Positions 61,305 to 64,000 of a DNA stretch of 64,000 bases are shown here, piece by piece. Positions within the stretch are counted from its first letter, which is position 1; every line of letters starts with the position of its first letter. This DNA comes from Blastocladiella emersonii ATCC 22665 (Eukaryota > Fungi > Blastocladiomycota). The stretch is from assembly GCA_025594325.1 (NCBI GenBank), contig JANHCV010000006.1, forward strand, positions 744,001 to 808,000, given 5' to 3'. The position numbers and the translations under genes are program-made. The notes below the pieces were generated by a model, which ran no database searches, was not told the DNA's origin, and saw nothing but the letters and a program-made list of their open reading frames with translations.

Positions 61305-63470
61305 TCATACGAGCGCGACCGCGTCCCACGGGCCCGGCGGCGTCCGATGTCCTGCCGTCGACACGTCGCGCTCGTACGTCGGCGACTCTTCCTCTTCGTC
61401 CTCATCCTCTTCATCACTTGTCCGCGGTGTTGCCAGTATCTCGATCGGCGCAGGCGGCGGCGGCGGCGGAACCAGCAACGCGCGCGCGGCACCGAGCGCG
61501 GCGAGAACCCACGCGACGCCGAGCACCGGCTGCGTCGCCGCACTCGCCGCATGCACCGGGTCAACACCGCGGCGGAGCAGCGCAACGGGCTCGTCGCGCG
61601 GCGTGTTCCCGAACCCGCCAATCGCCATGCGGTCCGCGCCGCGGACGACCTGGCGGCGGAGGAGCGCGGCGATCGCCGCGTGCCACGTCGCGCGCCACTG
61701 TCGCTCGCGGACGGGCGCGACGGCGGCGGTGGTCGGCAACCCCAGGACCTGCGCGAGCCCGAGCGTCGCAGCCGCGAGCTCGCCCGTCGAGTACGCGCCG
61801 GCGTCGCGCACGCCGAGCTGCGAGAAGAAGCCCGCGGCGCCGTCGGCCGCGAGCTCGTCCCAGATCTGCTGCACTGTCGCGGCGAGCGCCGGCGGGAGCG
61901 GCAGGTGCTGGCCGAGCGACGTGAGCCGCGTCGCGAGCGCGAGGCGCGCGGGCAGCTGGCCCTGCTCGGCGTGCGGGCTCGACGCGGGTTGCGCGAGCCA
62001 TGCCGCAAGGTGTCGCGCCGCGCACGCGTGGATGCGCGAGGATAGCGTGACGGCGCCGGCTGGGTCGGCTGGGTGCGCGACGGGGGATGACGGCGGGGTC
62101 AGCGAGGTGGTGACCGACGCGTAGTGCGCGAGGGCGACAAGTGCGTCGAGGACGGCGAGCAGGTCGACCGGGTCCTGCGCCGGGTCGACGGTGGCCGCAG
62201 CGGCGGTGGTGCGCGGGCGCGGGGCGATGGCGGTGGCGATGCTGAAGGGCTGGAACGGGACGGGACTCGCGCGCGCACCGACGCCGACGCCGACGCCCGC
62301 GACAGGGCTCACGCGGTTCGGGTACGCGTGCTGCGCGGCGGTGAGCGACAGGCGGTGCATGGCGTGGGTCGCCGCGTCCCACCACCCGGGCGCGCCACTG
62401 CCGTTCCCGTTCGTCTGCGTCGTCGGCGTCGGCTGCGGGGCAGAAAGCGGCGCGTGCTGCCAGTAGACGGCCAGCCACGGTCCGCGCTGGACGGGCGACC
62501 GGTGGATCGCGGCGTGGGCGGGCGGGATGTCCATGTGCAGGACGAGGGCCTGGGCGAGGCCGTGGATGAGGCTGTCGACGTGCACGGCGTCGTCGAGGTC
62601 CGTCAGGTAGGCCGAGTCTTGGTGGTGGTGCCGCGGCAGCTTCTGGCGGAACACGAGGAGCGACTCTAGCAGCGCGCCGACCGCAGCGACCGAGCACGGT
62701 TCCTGCAGGCCGCGCTCGTCGAGGATGAGCGCCGGGTGGAGGCGCACGGTCGATGGGGTCGAAGGCAGCGCGACGAGCAGCGGGGTGTAGCTCGAGAGCA
62801 GGGCGCGGACCGTCATGTTGAACTGGTGCGCGAGGCGCGCGTCGTGTGGTGGGAGGTCGCGGAAGCTCTGCTGCAGCAGCGCGAGGGACTGGAGCTCTAC
62901 ACGTTCACGATCAGGGTGCGGATCAGCAACGGTGGTCATCTCACTGACCCTCCAAAACAGAAGCGTACCAGCGGCAGCATCGCGGCGCAAGATCCGGCCC
63001 GTGGACGCATTGGACTGGCCGCGCACCACGGCCGGGCGGTACTCGTGGTAGAGGCGGCGCGTGTGCGGGTTGACGGCGGTGCCGATGGCCCACTGTTGGG
63101 CGAGCGCGACCGAGGCGTCAATGTGCTCGACGAGCTCGGCCGTCGACTGCGGGCCGAGCGGGGGCAGCACGGCCGAAACGGCGGGTTCCGGATCGAGCGC
63201 GAGCGTGCCGCGGACCGGCGGCTGGATGGGGTGATCGGCGGGCGCCGGGGTCCCGACCGCGGCCCGCGATGCGGTCGGCGCGAGCTGCGCGAGGGTCACG
63301 GGCCCGCGGAACGAGGAGGCGGAGACGGAGGAAGTGGAATGCATCGACTTGATCGAGTGCGCGTGCGCGTGCGCGTGGGTGTGCGCAGATCGGGAAGGAA
63401 TGGGCGCCGGATGGACGGCGGCGCTCGCGGTGGGCCCGCGCAGGCGGAGGGAGGCGGCACTGGACAGCAT
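61305..63470 (-). CDS. Large hypothetical protein (~700 aa), helical-looking, family not recognised
   Basis: Long GC3-biased ORF; probable in-frame 72-nt intron 62897-62968 (GTACGC...TAG); TATAAAT ~70 bp upstream. Confidence 0.7.
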   Translation of the reverse strand: MLSSAASLRLRGPTASAAVHPAPIPSRSAHTHAHAHAHSIKSMHSTSSVSASSFRGPVTLAQLAPTASRAAVGTPAPADHPIQPPVRGTLALDPEPAVSAVLPPLGPQSTAELVEHIDASVALAQQWAIGTAVNPHTRRLYHEYRPAVVRGQSNASTGRILRRDAAAGTLLFWRVSEMTTVADPHPDRERVELQSLALLQQSFRDLPPHDARLAHQFNMTVRALLSSYTPLLVALPSTPSTVRLHPALILDERGLQEPCSVAAVGALLESLLVFRQKLPRHHHQDSAYLTDLDDAVHVDSLIHGLAQALVLHMDIPPAHAAIHRSPVQRGPWLAVYWQHAPLSAPQPTPTTQTNGNGSGAPGWWDAATHAMHRLSLTAAQHAYPNRVSPVAGVGVGVGARASPVPFQPFSIATAIAPRPRTTAAAATVDPAQDPVDLLAVLDALVALAHYASVTTSLTPPSSPVAHPADPAGAVTLSSRIHACAARHLAAWLAQPASSPHAEQGQLPARLALATRLTSLGQHLPLPPALAATVQQIWDELAADGAAGFFSQLGVRDAGAYSTGELAAATLGLAQVLGLPTTAAVAPVRERQWRATWHAAIAALLRRQVVRGADRMAIGGFGNTPRDEPVALLRRGVDPVHAASAATQPVLGVAWVLAALGAARALLVPPPPPPAPIEILATPRTSDEEDEDEEEESPTYERDVSTAGHRTPPGPWDAVALV

Positions 63471-64000
63471 GGGTGGACTTTTTTGGAATTGCTGAGCCAC
63501 CCGTGCTGCGCGGCGGCGGCGGCGGGGGAGGCGCAGCCATTTTATACGGCCGGTGGCCGACCGACCTCGTCGCCAGCGCGAGCACGCACTCGCCGCGCGC
63601 AAACGCGCAAGGAGCGTGCTCCCGGCGGGCAGGTGTCAAGCCACCCGCACGCTGGGAGCATCGCGCTCGCGGATCATGGAGGGACGAGGCTCGCGGGCCA
63701 GAGATAGCAGACACGCCGCGATGGCGTCGTCTGCGTCTCCCGGCCGCGCCACGGTCGAGTCAGCGAGGGGATGGCAGCGGGACTGCCGCGCCAGCAATCA
63801 CGCACGGCTGCAGGGTGCCGCCCCTTGCAGCCGGCCAAGTCACCATCGTCGCGGCCGCTGACGGGATGCGGGCAGGGGTGCACGGCAGCGTGCGTGCGTG
63901 CGCGGGCGTTTCGCGGCGGCGAGCAGCAGCGCGCAGCGGAACGCGTTGCGCCATGCGAGACGCGTGTGGCGTGATCCGCGAGAGGCGTGGCGGGCGCTCA

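Overview
GC-rich, gene-dense eukaryotic DNA with short spliceosomal introns (donors mostly GTACGY/GTGCGY). Fungal hallmark genes (Zn2Cys6 factor, Met30/SconB-type F-box WD40, CHY/RWD protein, carB-type phytoene desaturase) occur together with a flagellum-associated EFCAB5-like gene, which points to a zoosporic fungus (Blastocladiomycota/chytrid-like; inference). About 22 intact protein-coding genes are supportable: CCCH-RWD-CHY protein, subtilisin, F-box-like gene, NIPA, EFCAB5, kinesin-8, carB, XPA, a CaaX protein, ABHD esterase, MET30, NSA2, MFS, a QS-repeat protein, Zn-cluster TF, ALG10, HAPSTR1-like, NBP35, FKBP-TPR, GPALPP1, a mucin-like GPI protein and a large unknown. The dominant structure is a ~2.9-kb inverted repeat (709-3589 / 26117-28997; positions sum to 29706) with an apparently identical core and diverged edges, enclosing ~22.5 kb and eight genes. 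This is the architecture of a flip-flop invertible segment. Each arm carries the same gene interrupted by two in-frame stops. Other highlights: an FKBP-TPR immunophilin with an unexplained C-terminal region resembling Skp1 and Argonaute L1-PAZ motifs, a Ulp1-like pseudo-protease tandem, a prion-like (QS)n protein, carB head-to-head with XPA, and a recurring GCGCAACGCGT promoter motif. No RNA genes, CRISPR arrays or transposases were seen. All family calls come from motif recognition by eye, not database searches.
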